Program-made: the position numbers and the translations under genes
From: Acidobacteriota bacterium
GTDB lineage: Bacteria > Acidobacteriota > UBA6911 > JACQSX01
Reading direction: 5' to 3'
DNA length: 64,000 nt
Assembly (NCBI GenBank): GCA_036507075.1
Contig: DASXQR010000017.1
Span: forward strand, 32,001 to 96,000
Notes under the pieces: model-generated
The model's database searches: none
What the model was told of the DNA's origin: nothing
Seen by the model: the letters and a program-made list of their open reading frames with translations, nothing else
In this document: positions 52,036 through 61,867 of the stretch, piece by piece
Layout: each line of letters opens with the position of its first letter
How positions within the stretch are numbered: position 1 is the stretch's first letter

Positions 52036-52716
52036 ATGAATATAAAGCGAATCATGGTTGGACTGGCCGTTGTGATACTCCTGATTGCAGGAGCTGGAGG
52101 CACCTACCTTTACCTGTTGAAAACGGCCAGGATCAAGTACAACCAGTACGACAGGCGCCGCGAGGGGAGTTTACGGGCGGGAGGCGCGGCGCCTGATGTC
52201 CGGTTGACTACTTTGCAGGGAACTCCACTACAGCTTTCCTCGCTCTGGAAAAGCAAGCCTCTGGTCGTGATCTTTGCGAGCTGCACCTGAAATCTCTTCC
52301 GAGGGAAGATCGTCGATCTTCTAAGTTTCTACGATCGTTACAAGGACCATGCAAACTTCCTGACGGTATACATTCTGGAGGCCCACCCCGAAGATGAATG
52401 GCCGTTGAAGGTGAACCGGCTTGCCGGGATTTCATACAAACAACCGACCACTCTGCAGGAACGGCGGAGCGGGGCCACACTGCTGATGCAGCGATTTCGG
52501 TATCGCATTCCTATTGCCATTGACGCGATGGATAATCGCGCGGAGGACCTTTTCGCCGCCTGGCCGGAACGTCTCTACATCATCAGTCCCGGTGGACGAA
52601 TTCTTTATAAAGGAAAAATGGGCCCATTCGGCTTCGATCCGAAAGAAGCCGAGAAGGTGCTTGAGGCGAGTTTGCCACGAAGCCACGAAGGCACAAAGGC
52701 AGTTCTTTTCTATTGA
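52036..52716 (+). CDS. Iodothyronine-deiodinase-like thioredoxin-fold selenoprotein (Sec at UGA 52288-52290)
   Basis: N-terminal TM; APDV..KPLVVIFASCT-U-NLF..FLTVYILEAHPEDEW..DAMDN..AWPERLYII; the two ORF-track fragments are in frame across the UGA. Confidence 0.85.
52304..52322 (+). promoter_or_regulatory. Bacterial SECIS-like hairpin
   Basis: GGAAGATC-GTC-GATCTTCT; apical GU 21 nt after the UGA. Confidence 0.6.
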
Positions 52717-52799
52717 AGTGAAACTTTTTTACAACTCAACCCTTATTCGCAGAAGTGTCACGTTCGACTGTATCGTCAACTTCGTGGCTTCGGGGCAAA
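52671..52799. mobile_element. MITE-like element, family TTGCCACGAAG (copy 4, diverged)
   Basis: TTTGCCACGAAGCCACGAAG / CTTCGTGGCTTCGGGGCAAA; diverged core. Confidence 0.6.
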
Positions 52800-52837
52800 T
52801 CCGCGCCTTCCGGTCGAGGCTCTGTCGCTGCTTGTGA

Positions 52838-53932
52838 TCAGATAAACTTCAGGTTTCGCTCAAAGTCGTCAGGGCTGGTGGCGTTCCGCTTGGCTTCATC
52901 AAGGGAGATGTTGCCCGCTTTGTAAAGCTCCATCAGATGCTGGTCGAAAGTCTGCATTCCGTAGGGATCTTTACCGGTTTTCATGAACTCGTAGATAGCA
53001 TCCGTTTTTTCAGGATTCTCGATGCAGTCTCGAACAGCCAGCGTGTTGCGCATGATTTCAATGGCCACAATGCGTCCCGGTATGTCCAGTCTGGTCAGCA
53101 GGCGCTGCGAGATAATGGCCTTCATGGATTCGGAAAGCCGCAGCCGCATCAGTTTCTGCTCGCTCAGGTCAAAATAGGAGACGATTCTTTGGATGGTTTT
53201 GGCGGTGTCGGTGGTATGCAGCGTGCTCAGCACCAGGTGACCGGTCTCTCCCGCCCTTAGCGCGGTTTCAATCGTTTCGCGGTCGCGCATTTCGCCCACG
53301 AGAATCACATCCGGGTCCTGACGGAGGCTGGCGCGCATGGCACGCGCGAAACTCTCGGTGTCTATGCCGACTTCACGCTGCACAACGGAGGCCTTTTTAT
53401 TCTCGTGCAGGAATTCAATCGGGTCTTCGATGGTGATGATCTTTCCTCCCTTGAGCTTGTTGATATAGTCAACCATCGCCGCCAGCGTGGTTGACTTTCC
53501 ACTTCCGGTGATCCCTGTTACCAGGATCAGGCCACGTTCCTCCATGGCTATTTCTGCCAGGACCGGGGGGAGATTGAGCTCTTCAAAGCCGGGGATGCGG
53601 TTGGGAATGTTCCGAAGAACCAGCGAAAGAGTGCCGCGCTGGCAACAGATGTTCACGCGGAAACGGCCCAACCCTGTAATGGAATAAGACAAATCCTCAT
53701 CACTCATCTGAGTGATCACGTCGCGGACGTTTTCAGGAGTGGCTTTGCGAGACTTGAGCAGAATCTTGGCCGCAAACTTGGCCGTATCCTGCGCGGTGAG
53801 AGCCTGGCCGCCGTTTTGCGCAATTATGTCGCCGTGAATGCGGTATTGGCACGGTACTCCGACGGAGAGGTGCACGTCAGAAGCGTTCAGTTCCACGGCA
53901 CGCTTTAGAAGCAAATCGAGATTATCTTCCAT
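52838..53932 (-). CDS. pilT: Type IV pilus retraction ATPase PilT/PilU family
   Basis: ASDVHL, GITGSGKSTT, TIEDPIE, LRQDPDVILVGEMRD, STLHT, GMQTFDQ. Confidence 0.9.
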   Translation of the reverse strand: MEDNLDLLLKRAVELNASDVHLSVGVPCQYRIHGDIIAQNGGQALTAQDTAKFAAKILLKSRKATPENVRDVITQMSDEDLSYSITGLGRFRVNICCQRGTLSLVLRNIPNRIPGFEELNLPPVLAEIAMEERGLILVTGITGSGKSTTLAAMVDYINKLKGGKIITIEDPIEFLHENKKASVVQREVGIDTESFARAMRASLRQDPDVILVGEMRDRETIETALRAGETGHLVLSTLHTTDTAKTIQRIVSYFDLSEQKLMRLRLSESMKAIISQRLLTRLDIPGRIVAIEIMRNTLAVRDCIENPEKTDAIYEFMKTGKDPYGMQTFDQHLMELYKAGNISLDEAKRNATSPDDFERNLKFI

Positions 53933-54677
53933 TTAAACCTTCTTCCAGAACTTTGATCACGTCTTTGGCCGAGGGTTCCTGGGCCACAAGATCGACACGC
54001 AGCCTGAGTTCGCGCATACGCCGCTCGGTGATCGAACCGACCGCACAGAGCCGGACATCACTTTCATTCCAGCACACCGGAGCGCTTGTGGCAAAAACTT
54101 CCGCAGCCGAACCGCTCATGAAAACTACTGCATCGGTCCGGGACCAGCGGATTCCCTTCAGGACGCTCACGCCGGTCGGATCGGGCATGGTCCGATATAA
54201 AGGGACCTGGGTCACAACCGCTCCCTGTTTTTCCAGTGCCGCCGGAAGCACATCGCGGGTCCGTTCGGCCACAAACAGGGCAATCGGTTCTCCTTTGATC
54301 GGTTCTTTCTCAAACGCGTTGGCCAAACCCTCGGAATCCGCGCGAGTGGGCACCAGCGATACTTTCCAACCGAATTCATTCACTGCCGCAGCCGTTGCAG
54401 GCCCGATGACGGCGACGCGCACCGTCTGCGGCAAATGTAACCTTAAAAGGGACAAGCGTTGTTGAAAATACCTTACTCCGTTTGTGCTGGTGAACACAAT
54501 CCAACCAAAACGGCCCAGATCTGCCAGTTGCAAATCCGTGTTTTCGCTGTGGATGGGCTCGGTCTGGATCAATGGCGCAACCCGCACGCTGGCCCCTTTT
54601 TCGGTCAGTTCCCGCAGTAATCCGGCGCACTGCCGCCTGGCTCTGGTGAGAACGATATTCTTGCCCTGCAAGCTCAT
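53922..54677 (-). CDS. hemD: Uroporphyrinogen-III synthase
   Basis: VLTRA, WIVFTSTNGV, IGPATA, YRT, GSIT. Confidence 0.9.
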   Translation of the reverse strand: MSLQGKNIVLTRARRQCAGLLRELTEKGASVRVAPLIQTEPIHSENTDLQLADLGRFGWIVFTSTNGVRYFQQRLSLLRLHLPQTVRVAVIGPATAAAVNEFGWKVSLVPTRADSEGLANAFEKEPIKGEPIALFVAERTRDVLPAALEKQGAVVTQVPLYRTMPDPTGVSVLKGIRWSRTDAVVFMSGSAAEVFATSAPVCWNESDVRLCAVGSITERRMRELRLRVDLVAQEPSAKDVIKVLEEGLNGR

Positions 54678-55558
54678 GTCCGGATGCGCTGCTTGACTAA
54701 CAACAGCATCATTTTATCCGCCACTTCTGCGGCTGAACTGCCTGACACCTCTCCCCAAATCGGGGCTGACCCATCCGGTCTCGCCACCATTGCCTTCAGC
54801 ACCAGGCGATCGTCTTTCCAGCTCGCGAACGCCCCCAATGGATAGCGACACCCTCCGCCCAGATTCTGCAAAAGCAGGCGCTCGGCCGATGTGGCCGTAC
54901 GCGTTTCCGGATGATCGAGCTGACTGAGGATCTCCCGCAATCGCGTATTTTCTTCATGTACTTCGACTGCCAGAGCGCCTTGGCCGGGCGCCGGGATCAT
55001 CTCGTCGATTTCCAGTTGTTTTGAAATATGTCTTTCCATTCCCAGGCGGTGCACTCCCGCGTATGCCAGAATTACCGCTTCCAGATGGCCGTCCTGAACC
55101 TTCCTGATTCGTGTTTCCACATTTCCGCGAAGCTCCTGGCACTGGATATCAGACCGAATCGACCGCAATTGCGTGATTCTGCGCAAGCTGCTTGTGCCGA
55201 CTTTCGCTCCGGCCGGCAGATCCTGGATTGAATGGGCCCGGCGCGCAATCAGCACGTCGCGTGGGTTTTCACGCTCCAGAATCGCACCTACAGTCAGCCC
55301 CGCCGGCTGGGCGGTGGGAAGGTCTTTAAGGCTGTGAACCGCCAGGTCAATGTCTCGCCGCAGCAGGGCCTCCTCGATCTCCTTGACAAAAATCCCTTTG
55401 CCAGGAATCTCCAGGAAGCGATTGCGGTTTATGTCGCCGGTGGTCTTGATCACCTCGATTTCGCACTCCAGATCAAACCGGGACAGCCGCTCAATTACGG
55501 AACGCGCCTGCCACAACGCCAGATTGCTGCCACGCGAGCCGACCTTAATCTTCTTCAT
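54674..55558 (-). CDS. hemC: Hydroxymethylbilane synthase
   Basis: GSRGSNLALWQA, KTTGD, AVHSLKD, GTSSLRR, LRGNVETR, LGGGC. Confidence 0.95.
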   Translation of the reverse strand: MKKIKVGSRGSNLALWQARSVIERLSRFDLECEIEVIKTTGDINRNRFLEIPGKGIFVKEIEEALLRRDIDLAVHSLKDLPTAQPAGLTVGAILERENPRDVLIARRAHSIQDLPAGAKVGTSSLRRITQLRSIRSDIQCQELRGNVETRIRKVQDGHLEAVILAYAGVHRLGMERHISKQLEIDEMIPAPGQGALAVEVHEENTRLREILSQLDHPETRTATSAERLLLQNLGGGCRYPLGAFASWKDDRLVLKAMVARPDGSAPIWGEVSGSSAAEVADKMMLLLVKQRIRT

Positions 55559-56816
55559 CGGAGACACTGAAGATTTCCGACAGTACCCGGGATGTCTCCT
55601 GGGGATGCTTTCGCAGCCTTTCGATGAAGGGATGGGAAATTTTGTTTGAAATACGCTGTGCCATGTTCTGGAACATGTCTTCTGATTCCGGAGGCAGCCG
55701 GGGAAGACGATTGACAGTGCGCACCACCTCCTCTTCGCAGATCCGGCGAATTGCTTCCCGCAAGCCGACAATGATCGAAGAGCTCTCCCTGATGTTCGTT
55801 TCCCGCAGAAAAGACTCCACTTCGGAATCCACGATCTGTTCGGCGGCCACGGCTTCACCGGCGCGGCCCTGACGGTTGCTATCCGAAACGCTCTTCAGAT
55901 CGTCAATGTCGTAGAGGAATATGTTGTCGAGCTGGTTCACGTTCGGATCGACGTTTCGGGGAACTGAAATATCGATAATGAAGATGGGAGCGTTTTTTCT
56001 CTGGCGAACCACCTGCGCCATATCGGCCTGCTCGATAATGAAGTGGGGCGCGCTGGTGGAGACAATCACAATGTCGGAAGCCACCAGCGCCTCCTTCAAA
56101 TTTTGAAAGGGAAGGGGCTTTCCTCCCACAGAGTGCGCAAGCTGCAACGCCTTTTCGGGACGGCGGCTGGAAACCCACACCCGCCCGATGCCGCTCTTCA
56201 GGAGTTGGCGCGAGGTGAGCTGGCCCATTTTTCCCGCGCCTACCAGAAGAATCGACTTGCCCTCCAGTTTGTCGAATATTTTCTTGGCTAACTCCACGGC
56301 TACCGCGCCGATGCTGATCGAGGCGGCTGAGATTTCCGTTTCCGAACGAACTTTCTTTGCGACACGAAAAGCGCGCGGGAAGAGGTCTCTCAGCACCGGC
56401 CCTGCCGTGCCGAAATCACAGGCACGCGAGAACGCTTCCTTGACCTGGCCGAGAATCTGTGCCTCGCCTACGACCATGGAATCCAGGCTGCTGGCCACGC
56501 GAAACAGATGCCGCACCGCATCCTGGGCGGCGTACTGATACAGGTAAGGCTCCAGGGTCGCAGTCGAAAGACCATGATACCTGGCCACGAATTCTTTGAG
56601 TCTTTCGAAGGCGGCGTTTTGTTCTTCGGCGGCGGCGATGATTTCCACGCGGTTGCAGGTAGAAAGGATCACGGCCTCCGAAACACCGCCCAGGCCGACC
56701 AGATCCCTGAGAGCGCTGTCCATTTTGTCCGAATTGAACGCAAGGCGCTCGCGGACTTCAACCGGGGCCATGCGGTGGTTGGTACCAACCAGGATGAGCT
56801 TCACGTCAGAAGGCAT
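55545..56816 (-). CDS. hemA: Glutamyl-tRNA reductase
   Basis: NHRMAPVEVRE, STCNRVE, SLDSMVVGEAQILGQ, GAGKMG, DISVPRN. Confidence 0.95.
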   Translation of the reverse strand: MPSDVKLILVGTNHRMAPVEVRERLAFNSDKMDSALRDLVGLGGVSEAVILSTCNRVEIIAAAEEQNAAFERLKEFVARYHGLSTATLEPYLYQYAAQDAVRHLFRVASSLDSMVVGEAQILGQVKEAFSRACDFGTAGPVLRDLFPRAFRVAKKVRSETEISAASISIGAVAVELAKKIFDKLEGKSILLVGAGKMGQLTSRQLLKSGIGRVWVSSRRPEKALQLAHSVGGKPLPFQNLKEALVASDIVIVSTSAPHFIIEQADMAQVVRQRKNAPIFIIDISVPRNVDPNVNQLDNIFLYDIDDLKSVSDSNRQGRAGEAVAAEQIVDSEVESFLRETNIRESSSIIVGLREAIRRICEEEVVRTVNRLPRLPPESEDMFQNMAQRISNKISHPFIERLRKHPQETSRVLSEIFSVSDEED

Positions 56817-57609
56817 GCATTCCCTTGAAGTAATTCGCTCCCAGGAAGGTAAAGAGCACCGAAATAAAACCGATTACATTTACAATCGCGGCGCGTTTTC
56901 CTCTCCAGCCCGCCGCCAACCGGCAGTGGATCAGAAAGAGATAGATCAGCCAGGTAACCAGTGCGGCAATCTCCTTGGGATCCCATCCCCAGTATCGCCC
57001 CCATACACGCTCAGCCCAGATTGCGCCTGTAAGAATGCCAAGCGTCATGGTAACAATACCCGTCAGAAGGGAACCGACCAGCAGGCGGTCAAGGGCCTGC
57101 AGCGACGGAAGCTTCCCCGGAAAACTCTTCATCCGTTTTGTCTTCAGCGAATGCTCCTGCAGGAGGTACAGGATGCTGGCGATGAATGTAAGAAAGAATG
57201 CGGCATATGCGATCAGGACCAGCACCATATGCATCAACACCCAGTATCCTCGCCAGCCGGGAGGTAGCGGCTGGCGTTCCAGCGAGCCGGCAATCAACAT
57301 GAAAACGGAAACCAACGGCAGGACAAACACGGCCAGAAGCTTAACTCTGTATCTGAAGTAGGAGATGAAGAAGCTTAATGTAACCAGCCAGGAAAAAAAG
57401 GAAAAAGCCTCTCGCGAGGTGTAAACCGGCAGCCGGCGCGTTTCAATAGTGAGGCTGGCCAAAGAGATCGTGTGGCACAGAAAGCCCGCCCCCAGGAACC
57501 ACAGCGCCAGTCGAGACAAGCCTTCCTTTTTGCCGCGCAGGCTGATCAGCGACAGGAGCAGGCCTCCCAGATAAAAACAAACTGCCAGAATGAAGCTGAG
57601 GAGCATCAC
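56806..57609 (-). CDS. ccsA: Cytochrome c biogenesis protein CcsA (WWD-domain heme transporter)
   Basis: About 8 TM helices; TGAIWAERVWGRYWGWDPKE; C-terminal GMHAF. Confidence 0.85.
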   Translation of the reverse strand: MMLLSFILAVCFYLGGLLLSLISLRGKKEGLSRLALWFLGAGFLCHTISLASLTIETRRLPVYTSREAFSFFSWLVTLSFFISYFRYRVKLLAVFVLPLVSVFMLIAGSLERQPLPPGWRGYWVLMHMVLVLIAYAAFFLTFIASILYLLQEHSLKTKRMKSFPGKLPSLQALDRLLVGSLLTGIVTMTLGILTGAIWAERVWGRYWGWDPKEIAALVTWLIYLFLIHCRLAAGWRGKRAAIVNVIGFISVLFTFLGANYFKGMHAF

Positions 57610-57647
57610 GAAACCGTTGAAAAGAAAAGCAATTATAGCACTCCTTT

Positions 57648-58400
57648 GTGTTTGCAGCGGCCATTTGCTATAGTCGCCTGGCGGGTTCTTACTGGTTTCC
57701 TCACAGATCGTTCCCTGGTGCGAACCCTTTGGGGGGTACTGCGATTTCTCTGGCGAATCTGGATCTGGCGCACGTCTTAATTTCGCTTGTCGTTTTGCTG
57801 TTTTCGCTCAGCATTCATGAATCCGCGCATGCCTGGACCGCCGATCGTCTGGGCGATCCCACAGGCCGCCACTTGGGCCGGGTTTCTTTGAACCCGATTG
57901 TTCATATCGATCCCATCGGAACGGTTCTTTTCCCACTGATTGCTGCGATTACCGGAATACCGCTTATCGGCTGGGCCAAGCCGGTTCCTGTCAATCTCCT
58001 CAACTTAAGAAACCCGAGACGCGACCACGTTTACATTGCGGCTGCCGGGCCGGCAGTCAATTTGATCGCCGGGGTCATTTTCCTCGTGCTGTTGAGAATC
58101 ATCCTCGCCACCTACGGGCAGGTTGGAATCGGCAGTACCGGGATCATCACTCCGGTCTTCAAGCTCCTGCTCCAGGGGGTCTTCGTGAATTTTCTGCTGG
58201 CCATTTTTAATCTCATTCCGATTCCGCCTCTGGACGGAAGCTGGATACTCTCGGGTGTTCTGCCGCTTCGGTTGTCAAACGCGTACAATCGACTCAGACC
58301 GTACGGCGGTTTTCTGCTGATGGCTCTGGTTTATACCCGCGCGTTGAATGTGGTTTTTCAACCGTTGGTGGATACTCTGGAGCTGTTGATTCAGATCTAA
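57648..58400 (+). CDS. Site-2 protease (M50 family)
   Basis: HESAH, GDPT, GWAKPVP, AGPAVN, FNLIPIPPLDG; true start may be further downstream. Confidence 0.9.
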   Translation: MFAAAICYSRLAGSYWFPHRSFPGANPLGGTAISLANLDLAHVLISLVVLLFSLSIHESAHAWTADRLGDPTGRHLGRVSLNPIVHIDPIGTVLFPLIAAITGIPLIGWAKPVPVNLLNLRNPRRDHVYIAAAGPAVNLIAGVIFLVLLRIILATYGQVGIGSTGIITPVFKLLLQGVFVNFLLAIFNLIPIPPLDGSWILSGVLPLRLSNAYNRLRPYGGFLLMALVYTRALNVVFQPLVDTLELLIQI

Positions 58401-58409
58401 AGGCAAAGC

Positions 58410-59189
58410 ATGGAAGAACAAGGCCCCGCTGCCCCGATGGAATCCGGCACCGCCTTTCAAGACGAGACCGCCGAAGAAACGCCTGAAGTACTGAAAGTCA
58501 AGCTCGATATCTTTGAAGGTCCGCTCGATCTGCTCTTGCACCTTATCAGGAAAGAAGAGATCGACATTTACGACATCCCGATCGCGCGCATCACCGAGCG
58601 GTACCTGGAATACCTGCAGATGATGCAGGATTTGAACATCAACGTGGCCGGCGAATGGCTGGTAATGGCGTCAACCCTGATCCTGATCAAGAGCAGGATG
58701 CTTCTGCCTCCCGATCCGGAAGCTCCTGGAACCCCGGAGGAAGAAGACCCGCGAATGCCGTTGGTGCAGCAACTGCTCGAACACCAGAAATTCAAGAATG
58801 CGGCGCAGATGCTTTATGAACGCGAGACGATCGAGCTGGCGGTGTGGGAAAATCCAAAAACGGAATTCAGGGAAGAAGAAGAGGAGTTGATTTCGGCGAC
58901 GGTTTTCGACCTGATAAAGTCCTTCCACGCGGTGGTGCAGCGCTTCCAGGACAAGATTGTATTGGAAGTCGAGCATGACACGGTCACCCTTGAACAGAAG
59001 CTGCTGGAGCTTCGGAGCCTTCTGGCCCTGCAGCCGACCCTGTACTTTTCCAGTTTTTTTGAGCGCAAGATCAGCAAGCTGCACCTGATTGTGACATTTC
59101 TGGCACTGCTGGAAATGGTGCGCCTGCGTGAGATACTGGTCTACCAGGACCGGATCCACAGCGATATAAAAATTGTCAAAGTGGCATGA
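58410..59189 (+). CDS. scpA: Segregation and condensation protein A
   Basis: FEGPLDLLLHLI, DIYDIPI, IKSRMLLP, FLALLEM. Confidence 0.95.
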   Translation: MEEQGPAAPMESGTAFQDETAEETPEVLKVKLDIFEGPLDLLLHLIRKEEIDIYDIPIARITERYLEYLQMMQDLNINVAGEWLVMASTLILIKSRMLLPPDPEAPGTPEEEDPRMPLVQQLLEHQKFKNAAQMLYERETIELAVWENPKTEFREEEEELISATVFDLIKSFHAVVQRFQDKIVLEVEHDTVTLEQKLLELRSLLALQPTLYFSSFFERKISKLHLIVTFLALLEMVRLREILVYQDRIHSDIKIVKVA

Positions 59190-59199
59190 GGGGTCAGGT

Positions 59200-59805
59200 A
59201 TGGAAAAGTCTGAATTGAAACAGATTTTGCAGGCGCTGGTTTTTGTTGCCGACGAGCCGCTAACCCTGAACCAGCTTCGCGAAGTTTTCCCCGACGAAGA
59301 CGTCGCATTGCTGAAGGACTCCATGGAAGAGATGATTCGTGAGTTCAACGAGTTTCACAAGGGGATGGAGATCCGCGAAATCGCAAGCGGGTACCGGATC
59401 TCCACGCGTCCGGAACATCATGAATGGGTACGTCGCTACCTGAAGACAAAACCATCTGCCAAGCTTTCGCTTGCCGCGCTTGAGACCCTGGCTGTAATCG
59501 CCTACAAACAGCCTGTGACCTTTCCCGAGATCCTCGAGATTCGCGGCATCAAGTCCAGCACCGCCGTCAAGACTCTCCTGGACAAAAAGCTTATCGAAAC
59601 CCGGGGTCGCAAGAAGGTGGTTGGCCGGCCGATCCTGTATGGAACCTCGACGGACTTTCTGGTGCACTTCGGCTTAAAAGATCTGGCCGAGCTCCCGACG
59701 CTGGAAGAATTCGAGGAGCTGTTGCATGCAGAGACGGGATCCGTGTCCGAAATAACCCCACGCGGATTCAACGGCGACGAGCAGGACTCGGCCGAACCGA
59801 AATAA
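59200..59805 (+). CDS. scpB: Segregation and condensation protein B
   Basis: LSLAALETLAVIAYKQPVT, GRPILYGT, FGLKDLAELP. Confidence 0.95.
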   Translation: MEKSELKQILQALVFVADEPLTLNQLREVFPDEDVALLKDSMEEMIREFNEFHKGMEIREIASGYRISTRPEHHEWVRRYLKTKPSAKLSLAALETLAVIAYKQPVTFPEILEIRGIKSSTAVKTLLDKKLIETRGRKKVVGRPILYGTSTDFLVHFGLKDLAELPTLEEFEELLHAETGSVSEITPRGFNGDEQDSAEPK

Positions 59806-59806
59806 C

Positions 59807-60203
59807 TGTTGTCGGGTTATCGGGTTGCGAGTTGTCGGGTTGTCGGGTTGCGAGTTAGTTACGGGTTGTCGGGTTACGAGTTGCGGGTTGTCGAATTGCG
59901 GGTTGTCGAGTTACGGGTTGGGGGGTTACGAGTTGTCGGGTTGTCGAATTGCGGGTTGTCGAGTTACGAGTTGGCGAGTTGCGATTTTCTGTTGGCCAAT
60001 TTGGAAGCTCAGTATTGGAACACTTCGAACCTAATTCTTGATTCTCAATCTTCGGATTCGACAACCCGTAACCCGACAACCCATAACCCGACAACCCGTA
60101 ACCCGACAACTCGCAACCCGACAACTCGCAACCTGACAACCCGACAACCCATAACCCGACAACCCGTAACTCGGCAACCCGTAACTCATAACTCGCCAAC
60201 CCC
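59807..60203. repeat. Inverted GGGTTGTC/GGGTTAC tandem arrays around an ~80-bp core (copy A)
   Basis: 7/8-mer arrays and their complements; core nearly identical to copy B. Confidence 0.9.
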
Positions 60204-60938
60204 ATGCTTGCTCGCCTTCAGAAGATAATCGCCGCAGCCGGAATCGCGTCGCGCCGCAAAGCGGAAGATCTGATCGTTCAGGGTCAGGTGACGGTTAACG
60301 GGCGCGCGGCCTGCCTTGGCGACAAGGCGGATCCCGAGACGGATTCTATCAAGGTTGCCGGCAGGAGAATTCAACCGGAAAGGAAGGCCTATATTGCGCT
60401 TAACAAGCCGAAGAATTTTCTCAGCACCGTTTCTGATCCTCAAGGCCGGCCTGGCGTGCTGGATCTGGTCAAGGTGCGTGAACGAGTCGTACCGGCGGGT
60501 AGATTGGACTACCAGAGTGAAGGTCTGATGATTCTGACCAATGACGGCGATCTCACGCGCGCCATCACGCGGGCCGGAAATTGTCCCAAAGTCTATCTTG
60601 TCAAGATCAGGGGCTCTCTGAACGAAGAGGATCGCCAAAAACTGGAGTCCGGGGTGGTGCTGGATGGAAGGAAGCTGTCATCCTGTCAAATTGTGCCGCA
60701 CAAACTTGCAGAAAACAGTTGGTATCGCGTGACGCTTTTTCAGGGAGTGAATCGCCAGATACGACGAATGTTTGAAAAGCGCCGTTACCGTGTGACCAAA
60801 ATCAAACGCATCGCGATCGGACCGGTGAAACTGGGGTCTTTGAAACCAGGCCAGTTTCGCTCGCTGACTGCCCAGGAAATCGCGGGACTGAAGAAGAGCG
60901 TTGAGGGCCGGTTGACGAAATTGCGCGATACCAGCTGA
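60204..60938 (+). CDS. rluB: rRNA pseudouridine synthase (RluB/RsuA family)
   Basis: S4 domain RLQKIIAAAGIASRR; LNKP; GRLD; GVNRQIRRM. Confidence 0.85.
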   Translation: MLARLQKIIAAAGIASRRKAEDLIVQGQVTVNGRAACLGDKADPETDSIKVAGRRIQPERKAYIALNKPKNFLSTVSDPQGRPGVLDLVKVRERVVPAGRLDYQSEGLMILTNDGDLTRAITRAGNCPKVYLVKIRGSLNEEDRQKLESGVVLDGRKLSSCQIVPHKLAENSWYRVTLFQGVNRQIRRMFEKRRYRVTKIKRIAIGPVKLGSLKPGQFRSLTAQEIAGLKKSVEGRLTKLRDTS

Positions 60939-60952
60939 AGTCATCGGTCACA

Positions 60953-61182
60953 GTGGGTTACGGGCTATCGAGTTGCGGGTTGTCGGGTTACCGGTTGTCG
61001 GGTTACGGATTGTCGGATCACGAGTTGCGGGTTGTCGAGTTACGGGTTGTCGGGTTGCGATTTTCTGTTGGCCAATTTGGAAGCTCAGTATTAGAATACT
61101 TCAAACCTAATTTTGATTTTCAATCTTCGAATTCGACAACCCGTAACCCGACAACCCGTAACCCGCAACTCGGCAACCCGTA
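60953..61182. repeat. Inverted GGGTTGTC/GGGTTAC tandem arrays around an ~80-bp core (copy B)
   Basis: Core GCGATTTTCTGTTGGCCAATTTGGAAGCTCAGTATT shared with copy A. Confidence 0.9.
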
Positions 61183-61231
61183 AACAGTGTGACCGACGTT
61201 ATACCGCGTAGAGTCGGTTTATAATCTAGCC

Positions 61232-61864
61232 ATGTTCACAGGCATTATCGAAGCGGTTGGCAACGTTCGGAGCAGTAAGAAGATCGATCGCGGCATGAAG
61301 GTTGAAGTCACCTGCAGCCGCAATCTCAAATTGAGGAAAGGGAACAGTCTGGCCGTTGATGGTGTTTGCCTTACATGTGAGAAGGTGAAAGGACGCGTCG
61401 TAGAATTCACTCTTTCCTCCGAGACACTGGAACGCACGCACTTCGGCTCGCTGACGAAAGGCAGGACGGTAAACCTGGAGCGGCCGCTGGCCGCCAGCGG
61501 CCGCCTCGGAGGGCACTTTGTTCAGGGGCACGTCGACGGCACGGGAGCGGTTGCCTCGGTTGACCAGGATTCTCCCGGATGGCGTCTGGCGCTGGAATTG
61601 CCTTTGAACCTTCTCCCCTACTGCGTTGAGAAAGGATCCATTGCCATTAACGGCGTAAGTCTCACCATTGCCGGAATTCGCGGAAACCGGATCTGGATTG
61701 CCCTGATACCCTTCACCTGGGAGAATACGGCCCTGTCCGAACTGGGGCCCGGAGACCTGGTGAACGTGGAAGTTGACTTGCTGGCAAAGTATGTAAGAAA
61801 TTTCACGGCGACGACCGACGCTTCAGACGAACAGTTTCTCTGGAAATTTGTCAGGGAAGGATAG
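61232..61864 (+). CDS. ribE: Riboflavin synthase alpha chain
   Basis: MFTGII, GVCLT, VNLER, GGHFVQGHVD, KGSIAINGVSLT. Confidence 0.95.
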   Translation: MFTGIIEAVGNVRSSKKIDRGMKVEVTCSRNLKLRKGNSLAVDGVCLTCEKVKGRVVEFTLSSETLERTHFGSLTKGRTVNLERPLAASGRLGGHFVQGHVDGTGAVASVDQDSPGWRLALELPLNLLPYCVEKGSIAINGVSLTIAGIRGNRIWIALIPFTWENTALSELGPGDLVNVEVDLLAKYVRNFTATTDASDEQFLWKFVREG

Positions 61865-61867
61865 GGA

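Noticed and set aside
55559..55858. 100-aa N-terminal extension of HemC (and similar extensions of PyrK, PyrB and NuoEF)
   Set aside because: The extensions overlap neighbouring genes or repeats, or precede a better RBS-linked ATG; family homology starts at downstream ATGs.
59809..60228. ORFs such as 59809-60228, 60953-61183, 27498-27781, 50405-50719 and 47910-48107
   Set aside because: They are low-complexity translations of the tandem-repeat elements.
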